Assembly (NCBI GenBank): GCA_964409615.1
Contig: CAYPDT010000001.1
Location: 371,880-435,879 of the forward strand
Origin: an uncultured Candidatus Saccharibacteria bacterium
GTDB taxonomy: Bacteria > Patescibacteriota > Saccharimonadia > Saccharimonadales > AWTP1-31
Direction of reading: 5' to 3'
DNA length: 64,000 nt
The position numbers were made by a program, and so were the translations under genes. A model generated the notes under the pieces. It was given only the letters and a program-made list of their open reading frames with translations. It made no database searches and had not been told where the DNA came from. Numbering within the stretch: position 1 is the stretch's first letter; each line of letters starts with the position of its first letter. Shown here piece after piece: positions 29,570 through 39,404 of this stretch.

Positions 29570-30779
29570 AGGTTGACGCAGGTTGGGTGACCGAATTGCC
29601 AACAACTGTAGTATTAATGATATCTAGCTTATTACCGTTAATTCCTAAGGAGCCGATGAATCCAGCAACTGAGTTGCGATTGTCAGGTGCAGGATTATTA
29701 ACCGTGTTATATGCAACCGTAACATTCTTAAAATGCTGTGACGAGGTAAGCACTCCTGTAATCATAAAGCCAGAAACTACAGGGAGATATGCCGCATTGT
29801 TAACAATTTGTGGCGTATCGACAGTTACACTATTGTTTGCCACAGTTGTAGCGTCAACGCTTAAGTCGATTAAAGTTGGAGAAACCGGACCAGCGTTCGA
29901 GACAATTACTATGCCAGCGATGTATCGCGACTGGTTGTTCATCACGACACTGTTATGTATCTTAATGGTCGAGACGCCAAGTAGTTGCGTGTCATTACTG
30001 CCCGATACGTAAGATTGAGGGTTAATGTACATACCGGTGTTCTGGCCGCTATCATCTAGAATCTTTAGCCCGTCAGCAATAAATTCGACATCCTTGCCAG
30101 CAGTATTGCTTCCAAGACCAATAACAGCACCGACTCCTTCTATAGTCGAAGAAGGGTCGGCATTATCATGAAAAATAGAATTTTTAATCGTTATCTTCTC
30201 TGTATTAACTACCTTGACTGCAGCTATTGAATCCGAAATATCAAGATTTTCCAGAATTGCTGTTGCCACACTATCCGCTTCAACAGCATAGGGCGCAGCA
30301 TCTGTAATACTCAAGTTTTTAATAGTGATATTCTTGGTATTCGCTGCTGATAAAAAATCAGTTTTAAAGCCATTATTACCACCGAGATTAATTTGTGATT
30401 CATTGACTCCAGCACCGTTGATAGTGACCGTTTTTGTGATGTTCGGTAAATCAGCAGAGACCGTAATTGTTCCAGATGGAATAGTAATTGTGTCCCCGGA
30501 CCCATATGCACCACTCGCAGTACACCCGGGGCCTCCGGAGTCGGCGGCATCATTTATTGCAGTAATGGCTTCCGGTAGGGTACAGCCCGAGCTAACCGTG
30601 AGCGTTGCAGCATGCGCTTGACTTGGGTTCAGAAAAAAGGCAGCCAAACCCATGAAAACGAGTATACCAAACAGATATTTTTGTGAGGTTTTTTGTATTA
30701 AAAGCATATGCTTATATTTAACCACGGACTAAGTCAATAGCCAAGATACGCCACCCGACTGAAGTTTAGTAAAACTATG

Positions 30780-32645
30780 CTAAACGACGCTACTAGGTAC
30801 TTTAGAACCTTCGAGAACTTCTAGCACTTCTTCGGCTTCGACGGTTTCTTTTTTCAACAAACGGTCTTTAAGCTCGTCGAGTTTCTTGCGATTGGCTTTG
30901 ATAACTTCACGGGCGCGGTGTGCAGCTTCTGTTATCAGGCTTTCAACTTCATCGTCAATAACTTTGGCTGTTTCGTCAGAATACTGTCGCTCGTGCACCA
31001 TGCGGTCGAGCATCATGCCTTCGTCGACATGAAAAACTTGGTCTTGAAGCTTCTCACCCATGCCTTGGTTAATAACCATATCACGGGCCAGTTCAGCTGC
31101 TTTTTGCAGGTCGTTACCAGCGCCAGTCGTTACATTTTCACGACCATACACTACTTCTTCTGCGATACGTCCACCGAGCATTCGGGCCAAGATGTCTTTG
31201 TATTCCAAAATTGAGTGGTAACTCTTATCTTCAGGTGGGATAAACCAGGTAACACCACCGGTTCCACCACGAGGGATAATAGTAACCTTATGTACCATGT
31301 CGCTATGTGGCAATACGTGTCCAACAATTGCATGACCAGCTTCGTGATACGCAGTCATTTCTTTGTCTTTTTCGCTCATGACCTTGCTCTTACGCTCGGG
31401 ACCAATGGCAACTTTTTCAAAAGCACCGGTCACATCGTCGTTGGTAATTTCTTTGCGGTTATTGCGCGCTGCGATGATAGCTGCTTCGTTGGCAATATTG
31501 GCTAAGTCTGCACCCGAAGAACCTGCTGATTTTGCAGCCAAGGCATCTAGGTCGACATTTTTAGCAGTAGGTTTCTTTTCGAAGTGAATCTTGAGGATTG
31601 CTTCGCGATCTTTACGGTCAGGAAGGTCGATGTTGACCCGTCGGTCGAAACGACCAGGCCGCTGCAAGGCAGAGTCGAGCACATCGGCACGGTTAGTAGC
31701 TGCTAAAACGATTACGTTAGTACCCTGCTCAAAACCGTCCATCTCAACAAGAATTTGGTTAAGCGTCTGTTCGCGCTCATCATGGCCACCACCCATACCG
31801 CTACCACGCTTACGGCCAACGGCGTCAATTTCATCAATAAAGATGATGCAAGGGGCATTCTTTTTGGCCTTAGCAAAGAGGTCGCGCACACGGCTAGCAC
31901 CAACACCCACGAACATTTCTACGAACTCTGAGCCAGAGATACTAAAGAAAGGAGCATTAGCTTCACCGGCAACAGCCCGAGCGAGCATTGTTTTACCAGT
32001 ACCTGGAGGCCCCACTAGCAATACGCCTTTTGGAATTTTAGCGCCAACAGACTCAAACTTTTTGGGGAACTTAAGGAATTCAACAACTTCTTGTAAATCA
32101 ACCTTGGCTTCGTCGCTACCAGCAATGTCGGCAAAAGTTACTTTATCTTTTTCGTTGCCGTACAAACGTGCCTTGCTCTTACCAAAGCTCATGGCTTGGT
32201 TACCTTGTCCCTGTGCACTTCGCAAAACAAAGAACAATACAGCGCTAATAAATAACACTGGTACGATACCGCTCAGTAGGTTGAGCCAAAAGCCGTTTGT
32301 GGCAGATTCTTGCTGAATCTTAACATCGACATTACGGTTGGTGAGGCCCTGTTCGTAAATGCTGCTGCCGGCTTCTTTATTAGACTTTTCGGTAGCCTTA
32401 TCTTTACCCTTTGGGGTAACTTCTAGCGTGTTGCCCTTGATGATAATCTGCTTTACTTCGCCTTTGTTAGCGCGGGATATGACATCAGAGAAAGAAACTT
32501 CTTTGAGTCCACCATTGGATTGCCCGGAAAAGGCCAAACCAATAAGCACAATCAGGGTGATTAGTGCCAAGAAACCAGCACTCTTCATGTTCTTCTTTTT
32601 ATTTCCATTCGAGAACTGTTTTGACTTGAAGGACTTTTTATCCAT
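30780..32645 (-). CDS. ftsH: ATP-dependent zinc metalloprotease FtsH
   Basis: Walker [12 protein letters not shown], and HEAGHA zinc site. Two N-terminal TM helices. Confidence 0.98.
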   Translation of the reverse strand: MDKKSFKSKQFSNGNKKKNMKSAGFLALITLIVLIGLAFSGQSNGGLKEVSFSDVISRANKGEVKQIIIKGNTLEVTPKGKDKATEKSNKEAGSSIYEQGLTNRNVDVKIQQESATNGFWLNLLSGIVPVLFISAVLFFVLRSAQGQGNQAMSFGKSKARLYGNEKDKVTFADIAGSDEAKVDLQEVVEFLKFPKKFESVGAKIPKGVLLVGPPGTGKTMLARAVAGEANAPFFSISGSEFVEMFVGVGASRVRDLFAKAKKNAPCIIFIDEIDAVGRKRGSGMGGGHDEREQTLNQILVEMDGFEQGTNVIVLAATNRADVLDSALQRPGRFDRRVNIDLPDRKDREAILKIHFEKKPTAKNVDLDALAAKSAGSSGADLANIANEAAIIAARNNRKEITNDDVTGAFEKVAIGPERKSKVMSEKDKEMTAYHEAGHAIVGHVLPHSDMVHKVTIIPRGGTGGVTWFIPPEDKSYHSILEYKDILARMLGGRIAEEVVYGRENVTTGAGNDLQKAAELARDMVINQGMGEKLQDQVFHVDEGMMLDRMVHERQYSDETAKVIDDEVESLITEAAHRAREVIKANRKKLDELKDRLLKKETVEAEEVLEVLEGSKVPSSVV

Positions 32646-32659
32646 ACTTCTCCTACTAA

Positions 32660-33541
32660 TTATGACGCGACGAGCGCGAGGGTATTATTACCAACCAGAA
32701 GCCTATGACGAGCATCAATATCTATCTGCTTCCCTGGGGGCAATGTCTTACATTTTATCACTAACGACTCGAGTAGCTTAGTATTAAATGTTGTAATACC
32801 GTGACTTCTGAGCCACTCTGCCAAAACCTCTAACGCAACTGCGTGCGGCAGCAGTATAAAACGATGCCGGTCCAGGGTTTGCCGTGAAGGCTGAGTATGC
32901 AAGTAAATCATCAAGTCATTATCAATTGCCCGATTTACAACCGATAGGTGCCCAATGTGCGTCAGCATCTTCTGTCGACCCTGCTCACCAAGCTTAGGCA
33001 TAATTACCTTTCGAATATAGTTTCGAAGTAGCGTAGTGTCTTGATTGGTGCTATCTTCACGCCAAACTAAGCCTTGCTCTTTGGCGTAGGCATGAATCTG
33101 TGACTTCGGAATTGCCAGTAATGGACGAACCAGGTGCCGATGACTCTTGAGTGCTGTGATTCCCTTGCGGCCCGTACCGCGCAGCATGTTAATAATTGCC
33201 GTCTCAACCACGTCATCTTGATGGTGAGCAGTAATTATCGCCTGAGCATTAACTGCTTTTTGAACACTTTGTAAAAAGTCATACCGTGCTCGCCGCGCCA
33301 GGTCTTCGCTGGCATGTGCCCCTAAGTGACCTTCTTGATATACGAACGGCAACTTATATTTTTGGGCAAGTTGTTGTACGAGCTGGCGATCGTACGCCGA
33401 ATCGTTTCTAATACCATGATCGAAATGAGCAACCGTTAACTTGACGCCCGGTGTTGACTGCAAGGCATGCAGTAACGACACCGAGTCAACACCCCCGGAA
33501 ACTGCTACGACATAACTACCTGGCTGTATTTCCACCCTCAT
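32660..33541 (-). CDS. tilS: tRNA(Ile)-lysidine synthase TilS
   Basis: PP-loop VAVSGGVDS. Position is upstream of ftsH. Confidence 0.88.
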   Translation of the reverse strand: MRVEIQPGSYVVAVSGGVDSVSLLHALQSTPGVKLTVAHFDHGIRNDSAYDRQLVQQLAQKYKLPFVYQEGHLGAHASEDLARRARYDFLQSVQKAVNAQAIITAHHQDDVVETAIINMLRGTGRKGITALKSHRHLVRPLLAIPKSQIHAYAKEQGLVWREDSTNQDTTLLRNYIRKVIMPKLGEQGRQKMLTHIGHLSVVNRAIDNDLMIYLHTQPSRQTLDRHRFILLPHAVALEVLAEWLRSHGITTFNTKLLESLVIKCKTLPPGKQIDIDARHRLLVGNNTLALVAS

Positions 33542-33548
33542 TTACCTA

Positions 33549-33554
33549 TATAAT
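33549..33554 (+). promoter_or_regulatory. -10 box (TATAAT), leaderless configuration
   Basis: TATAAT ends 7 nt before the ATG at 33562. Confidence 0.3.
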
Positions 33555-33561
33555 AACGCAT

Positions 33562-34083
33562 ATGAAACGACTTTATTACATCCGTCATGGCCAAAGCGAA
33601 ATGAACGTACTCTCGCTGTTTGCCGGTCGCACCGACACTCCGCTCACAAAAGAGGGTCGCGATGGCGCCCTGCAAGCCGGTCGCAATAACAAAGGCATCG
33701 ACATAGATGTTATCATCGCCTCACCACTGTCACGTGCGCATGATACCGCTCGCCTATTTGCCGAAGGAGCTGGACTGCCCGAAGACATAATTCAAATAAA
33801 CGAGCTACTACTCGAAAGAGATTTTGGCAGCCTAGAGAATACCCGCTGGACTGCTGAAGTTAGTCGTAATTTATTCAATGACAATTTACCCGACGGTGTC
33901 GAGACCTGGGACGTTATGATTGCACGTGCCCGTCAACTGCTCGATTACGTCGAACGACTACCAGTAGATAATGTCTTGTTGGTTGGCCATGGTGGCATCG
34001 GCCGTGCCCTACGTAGTCTTGTCGAACCAGATGCCGATGTTCATGCCGGCATACCTAACAGCGAGCTCGTTCGCTGGGTGTAA
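33562..34083 (+). CDS. histidine phosphatase family protein (phosphoglycerate-mutase-like)
   Basis: RHGQSEMN catalytic motif at the N-terminus and a later LVGHGG motif. I place the start at MKRLYYIRHG; the track ORF starts at 33451 inside tilS. Confidence 0.8.
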   Translation: MKRLYYIRHGQSEMNVLSLFAGRTDTPLTKEGRDGALQAGRNNKGIDIDVIIASPLSRAHDTARLFAEGAGLPEDIIQINELLLERDFGSLENTRWTAEVSRNLFNDNLPDGVETWDVMIARARQLLDYVERLPVDNVLLVGHGGIGRALRSLVEPDADVHAGIPNSELVRWV

Positions 34084-34090
34084 ACGTCTT

Positions 34091-34720
34091 CTAAATGAGA
34101 GTTTTCCAGTAGTACCAGAAATGGGTCAGGATACCTAAGAAGATAAGCAAATACCAAGTAATAAGAATGTCGCCGTGGTGCACTTCAATAAAGTTACTAA
34201 CTTTTTTAGCAGTTCCAGTCAGCTTTATAAACCCGTTTCGGACATTCCAGATAAACGTATACAAGAAAATGGGAATAGTTACCGTCCAGACCACAATGCA
34301 GTATGGGCACAATGAACCAATTTCATATACTGCTTCGTGAAATAGCCACATGCAGAATAAAACGGCTAGAGTTGAGGCAAATTGCAGGCCCAACCAGAAC
34401 CATCGTTTAAACTTGGCACCAGCTAGCATTGCCATACCAATTGTTACCACAACAGAAAAGCCCATCAAGCCAATCAATGGATTCGGGAAACCAAAAGCAC
34501 TGGCCTGGTCGGATTTCATAATATTCCCGCAACTAATAATTGGGTTAATACTACATTCCGGTACGTAGCCTGGATCTTTGAGGAGCTGGATTTTCTCGAC
34601 CGTGATTATGAAGGCCATCAGCAAACCAATAAAGCCACCGATAACTAATAAATACGTGTAGAAACGTTCGAACGTCCACTTCTTAGTGGCTGTTTTCTTG
34701 AGGGTTCTTGCAGTTGCCAT
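34091..34720 (-). CDS. vitamin K epoxide reductase (VKOR) family protein
   Basis: Polytopic protein with a CSINPIISC loop cysteine pair and a CPYC redox motif in a TM helix. Confidence 0.8.
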   Translation of the reverse strand: MATARTLKKTATKKWTFERFYTYLLVIGGFIGLLMAFIITVEKIQLLKDPGYVPECSINPIISCGNIMKSDQASAFGFPNPLIGLMGFSVVVTIGMAMLAGAKFKRWFWLGLQFASTLAVLFCMWLFHEAVYEIGSLCPYCIVVWTVTIPIFLYTFIWNVRNGFIKLTGTAKKVSNFIEVHHGDILITWYLLIFLGILTHFWYYWKTLI

Positions 34721-34773
34721 AGTACTTATTATTATAACACGCAGGCAAAGTGGCGCACGCTCAACAAAGAGGC

Positions 34774-34779
34774 TACAAT
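34774..34779 (+). promoter_or_regulatory. -10 box (TACAAT), leaderless configuration
   Basis: TACAAT ends 6 nt before the ATG at 34786. Confidence 0.3.
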
Positions 34780-34785
34780 TGATGT

Positions 34786-35343
34786 ATGAAGCCGTTATAC
34801 CTCGCTAGTATTCCAAAGAAAAAGCGCCCGCTTTTTGTGCCAGACTTTGTGGCTGACAGTATTTTGGATGTAGACTTTATGGCTCTTAAAAAACTCGGAG
34901 TCAAGCATTTACTCATTGATTTAGACTTAACACTTCGTAAGAAAATGACACGCAAACTAGAGCCAGCCGTTGTTGCATTTTTGGCTGATACCATGAAAAC
35001 TCATGGTTTTAAGTCGCTGAACATTGCTAGTAACAATATGCTCGATTTATCAGGATATGGTAATTCAATTCAGGCAAAAGTCTTCCAGCCGTTTTGGCGA
35101 AAATTTTGGATTGTACGCAAGCCAAATAAGTTGTTTTTTGAGCGAATACTGAACACCCTGAAGGTTGAACCGAGTGAGTGTGTCATGATTGGCGATAAGC
35201 TTCGGGGCGATGTGTATGGCGGAAATGTCAGTGGGCTATTTACCGTACTTGTTAAACCAAACGGCCATGATTATTGGTATGACCGAATTTTGTTCACACG
35301 ACTGCGTGAGCGTCGCCTTATGAACAAACACCACACCAAGTAG
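34786..35343 (+). CDS. YqeG-family HAD-IIIA phosphatase
   Basis: DLDLTL nucleophile motif, IASNN, and MIGDKLRGDVYGGN. Confidence 0.75.
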   Translation: MKPLYLASIPKKKRPLFVPDFVADSILDVDFMALKKLGVKHLLIDLDLTLRKKMTRKLEPAVVAFLADTMKTHGFKSLNIASNNMLDLSGYGNSIQAKVFQPFWRKFWIVRKPNKLFFERILNTLKVEPSECVMIGDKLRGDVYGGNVSGLFTVLVKPNGHDYWYDRILFTRLRERRLMNKHHTK

Positions 35344-35347
35344 GCTG

Positions 35348-35366
35348 TCCAAGGTCCGACCTTGGA
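35348..35366. repeat. extragenic palindrome copy 3 (TCCAAGGTC-C-GACCTTGGA)
   Basis: Lies 5 nt after the stop at 35343. It is the first of a doublet separated by 25 nt. Confidence 0.85.
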
Positions 35367-35391
35367 AATCACCCTGAATTTACTGCTTGTT

Positions 35392-35410
35392 TCCAAGGTC
35401 GGACCTTGGA
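35392..35410. repeat. extragenic palindrome copy 4 (TCCAAGGTC-G-GACCTTGGA)
   Basis: Its central base is opposite to copy 3, which implies inverted orientation. It lies 12 nt before the tgt stop. Confidence 0.85.
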
Positions 35411-35421
35411 CGTTTTGGACG

Positions 35422-36642
<1,221 letters not shown>

Positions 36643-36703
36643 TCACTAGTATAACAAACATCTATGCAGACTTGTAAAAAGTGCAACGAAAGCTTGCCCA
36701 AAT

Positions 36704-36742
36704 TGTAACGAACGTTATACTAAAAATGTAACAAGCGTTCTA
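36704..36742. promoter_or_regulatory. two tandem TGTAAC-N4-CGTT half-palindromic boxes (candidate TetR operator)
   Basis: TGTAACGAACGTTATA (36704-36719) and TGTAACAAGCGTTCTA (36727-36742), directly upstream of the TetR gene start. Confidence 0.35.
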
Positions 36743-36744
36743 AT

Positions 36745-37347
36745 ATGACACAGACTGAACAAACTATCATCACCACAGCCAAGTCACTGTTTGCCCGTTC
36801 TGGCTACGAAGGCTTATCTATGCGAGCGCTAGCAGACGAAAGCAAGGTAGGTTTGTCTAGTATCTACCATTTCTTTACCGACAAAGATGTATTACTAAAA
36901 CGAATCTTTGACGACACTAACACCCAGCTGGGCCTGCATCGCGCACAATTACCAAAGCGTAAATCAGCCGAAGCATTACTAAAAGACCGTATCGTTTTTC
37001 AGTTTAAATATATCGCGGACGTGGTATTTGTGCTCAAATATTACCTCCATTACCGAGAAACCTTCGAACACCGTTCTCGTGGATATGTGCCACCAAAAGC
37101 TTACCTGCACATTGAAGAAGTCTTACTACTTGGCATGCAGACAGGTGAAATAAGCATTTCACTCAATGACATTGCAAGTGAAGCAAAAATCATCACCCAC
37201 GCAATCAACGGCTTCTTGCTCGAATACTACCCTAACCCACCTACTGGTCGAGAACTGACTGAAGTTATAACTGGTCTTCATTCGTTTATCTGGCGAAGCG
37301 TAACAAGCTTGCCGCAAGAAAGGAGGGCTATGTCAAAGGTTAATTAA
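36745..37347 (+). CDS. TetR/AcrR family transcriptional regulator
   Basis: N-terminal HTH pattern (AKSLFARSGYEGLSMRALADESKVGLSSIYHFF). Confidence 0.85.
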   Translation: MTQTEQTIITTAKSLFARSGYEGLSMRALADESKVGLSSIYHFFTDKDVLLKRIFDDTNTQLGLHRAQLPKRKSAEALLKDRIVFQFKYIADVVFVLKYYLHYRETFEHRSRGYVPPKAYLHIEEVLLLGMQTGEISISLNDIASEAKIITHAINGFLLEYYPNPPTGRELTEVITGLHSFIWRSVTSLPQERRAMSKVN

Positions 37348-37446
37348 AAAGAACCCCCAAAGTGAATTCAATTGAGAGTTCAATTTAAAATAATTTGTTC
37401 AGGATTATTAAACATATTATACCACATTTGGTATGAAGGAGTAGAA

Positions 37447-38040
37447 GTGGAATCAAACTCATCAAAGACAATTATTATCGCAGTAGCAGTATTAGCAGTT
37501 TTGGGTCTCGGTGGCTGGGCTATCGCCTCAAACAACAAAGACGACAAGAAAGATGCTACCAAAACAAGCCAAACTCAAGACGATAAAAAAACCATGGCTG
37601 ATGATAAAAAAGAAACGCCAAACATCGTTGGTGTTGCCAGCAGCGATGCGCAATTTTCAACGCTTGTTGCGGCTGTTAAGGCAGCCGACTTAGTTGATAC
37701 TCTAAGCGGCACAGGTCCATTCACCGTCTTCGCCCCAACCAATGCAGCTTTCGACAAATTACCAGCCGGTACAGTCGACAGTCTCCTACTGCCAGAAAAC
37801 ATTGAGCAGCTTAAGAGTATCTTGACCTACCATGTTGTCCCTGCAAAAGTAATGAGTGGCGACCTGAAAGATGGACAAGTAGTCACCACCGTACAGGGCG
37901 CAACACTTACTGTAGGTATCAGCAATGGTGAAGTTACGCTTACAGATGCAAAAGGTAACGTCAGCAAAGTGACAAAAGCCGACATTGCAGCAAGTAACGG
38001 CGTAATTCACGTCATTGATACAGTTGTAATGCCTAACTAA
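37447..38040 (+). CDS. fasciclin (FAS1) domain membrane-anchored protein
   Basis: FTVFAPTNAAFDKLP...LTYHVVP...NGVIHVIDTVVMP. I prefer the GTG at 37447, which has GAAGGAG 5 nt upstream; the track ORF starts at 37372. Confidence 0.8.
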   Translation: MESNSSKTIIIAVAVLAVLGLGGWAIASNNKDDKKDATKTSQTQDDKKTMADDKKETPNIVGVASSDAQFSTLVAAVKAADLVDTLSGTGPFTVFAPTNAAFDKLPAGTVDSLLLPENIEQLKSILTYHVVPAKVMSGDLKDGQVVTTVQGATLTVGISNGEVTLTDAKGNVSKVTKADIAASNGVIHVIDTVVMPN

Positions 38041-38066
38041 TAAATCCTCTCGGGATACTGCAAGTG

Positions 38067-38102
38067 TACAGGAGTGGCCATTGCGCCGCTCCTGTATTTT
38101 TA
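38067..38102 (+). terminator. intrinsic terminator between convergent genes
   Basis: TACAGGAGTGGC...GCCGCTCCTGTA stem followed by TTTTTA. Confidence 0.6.
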
Positions 38103-38112
38103 TCTGCAGAAT

Positions 38113-39147
38113 TTAGTAAATCAACATGCTATCGCCGTAACTCAGGAATGCATATTTTTCTGTAAGTGCGTGTTGGTAAGCCACCTGGAGATGATTCCAC
38201 TGTGCAAAGGCAGCAGCCATCATCAAAACCGTTGAATGCGGTGCGTGAAAATTAGTCAGTAAGGCATCGACAATTTTAAAAACATAGCCAGGATAGATAA
38301 ATATATCGGCTTCCCCAGCAAGTGGCCTAGCCATCTCTTGTTCGCTTAAGAGTTGATTGGCACAGAACTCTAGAGTACGAGTGACTGTGGTACCAACAGC
38401 TACCACTCGCCGGCCCTCCTGCTTGGCCAGTTGAATACGCCGTGCTGTATGGGCCGGAATCTCGAAGTATTCTTGGTGCATTTTGTGCTTAGTTACATCA
38501 TCTACACGAATGGGCATAAACGTCCCGAGACCTACATGCAAGGTCAACTCAACCACTTCTACACCTTTAGCCTTAATGTTCTCTAGCAGCTCATTTGTTA
38601 GATTTAGACTTGCTGTTGGCGCGGCCACAGAACCATTTTGCTTAGCAAACTCCGTTTGGTAACGCTCTCTGTCTTCAGCCTCTTCTTTGCGGTGCATATA
38701 TGGAGGTAATGGCACTTCGCCCTGTTCTTCTGCTAGTTGCCACAAATCTTTTGTACTACTAATGCGGGCCGTTCCGTTGTCGAAGACCTCTTCGATTGTG
38801 ACTAATGTGCCCGCAACATCCAGCATCTGTCCAGGCCGCAGCTTACGGCGATACATAACCATAGAGGTTAAGTGGTCACGAGCCTTACCATGCTGCTCCA
38901 ACAACAGTAACTCTCGGTCATCACCTTCGGTAGTCTTGGCGTGTAACCGAGCCGGAATCACTTTGGTATTATTAATAACCAATACATCTCCAGCGTGTAG
39001 ATAGTCAGTGAGTTGTTTGTAATAATCGTCTGTAATCTCACCTGTCTTTTTATTAAGCGCCAACAACCGCGAAGCGCCGCGCACTTTAGGCGGATGGAGC
39101 GCAATGGCTTGGTCGGGCAAGTTGTAGTCGAAATCTTCTAATCGCAT
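38113..39147 (-). CDS. queA: S-adenosylmethionine:tRNA ribosyltransferase-isomerase QueA
   Basis: Full-length QueA pattern (MRLEDFDYNLPDQAIALHP...PPYM...TLHVGLGTF...VGTT). Confidence 0.95.
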   Translation of the reverse strand: MRLEDFDYNLPDQAIALHPPKVRGASRLLALNKKTGEITDDYYKQLTDYLHAGDVLVINNTKVIPARLHAKTTEGDDRELLLLEQHGKARDHLTSMVMYRRKLRPGQMLDVAGTLVTIEEVFDNGTARISSTKDLWQLAEEQGEVPLPPYMHRKEEAEDRERYQTEFAKQNGSVAAPTASLNLTNELLENIKAKGVEVVELTLHVGLGTFMPIRVDDVTKHKMHQEYFEIPAHTARRIQLAKQEGRRVVAVGTTVTRTLEFCANQLLSEQEMARPLAGEADIFIYPGYVFKIVDALLTNFHAPHSTVLMMAAAFAQWNHLQVAYQHALTEKYAFLSYGDSMLIY

Positions 39148-39153
39148 CTGGGT

Positions 39154-39162
39154 ATTATAGCA
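39154..39162 (-). promoter_or_regulatory. extended -10 promoter (TGCTATAAT), leaderless queA
   Basis: On the minus strand, TGCTATAAT is followed by 6 nt and then the queA ATG (39147). Confidence 0.4.
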
Positions 39163-39180
39163 ATTTTACAGAGGTACGCC

Positions 39181-39372
39181 AGGACTGTAAGATTCTTTAT
39201 AGTCCATGCAATGCGTGGTGGCTATAGTTATTAGTACTAAGCTTCGGCTTAGGTAGCATCTCTTAACCCGCCTCACGCGTCGCCCGCGCCGGGTAATACA
39301 GCCCCCGCTCCAACACTGGGAAGTAGCAGTTGCCCAGTAACAAAAGATTGGAGTGGGGGCGTATTTTGTTTG
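39181..39372 (+). ncRNA. candidate structured RNA (cis-regulatory leader/attenuator or sRNA), unclassified
   Basis: GC-rich non-coding stretch. It contains a UUCG-capped hairpin CTAAGC-TTCG-GCTTAG (39237-39252). A 13-bp stem GCCCCCGCTCCAA/TTGGAGTGGGGGC (39301-39360) has one G.U pair only on the plus strand. That stem encloses ACTGGG...CCCAGT and is followed by TATTTTGTTTG. Confidence 0.35.
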
Positions 39373-39404
39373 TAAGCATAGCCGTGCCAAGTTAGAGTAG
39401 TGGC

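Larger units (their letters stand above)
29529..30725 (-). pseudogene. N-terminal fragment of the disrupted CSLREA-domain parallel-beta-helix surface protein
   Basis: Signal peptide ...NPSQAHA, then a CSLREA-like SSGCTLPEAITAINDA motif and beta-helix repeats. The last 10 codons (RAYIVYTPNK) and the stop are read from the inserted element. Confidence 0.7.

Noticed and set aside
31591-32316. 241-aa plus-strand ORF, together with several smaller ORFs at 30918-32781.
   Set aside because: It lies entirely antisense to the strongly conserved ftsH gene and has Ser/Arg/Ala/Pro-rich low-complexity composition. This is the typical shadow ORF of a GC-balanced coding region.
39166-39390. 74-aa minus-strand ORF between queA and the Nudix gene.
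   Set aside because: The translation is Cys/Arg/Trp/Thr-rich and not protein-like. It has no RBS. The DNA is better explained by plus-strand RNA helices, as described in the structured-RNA finding.
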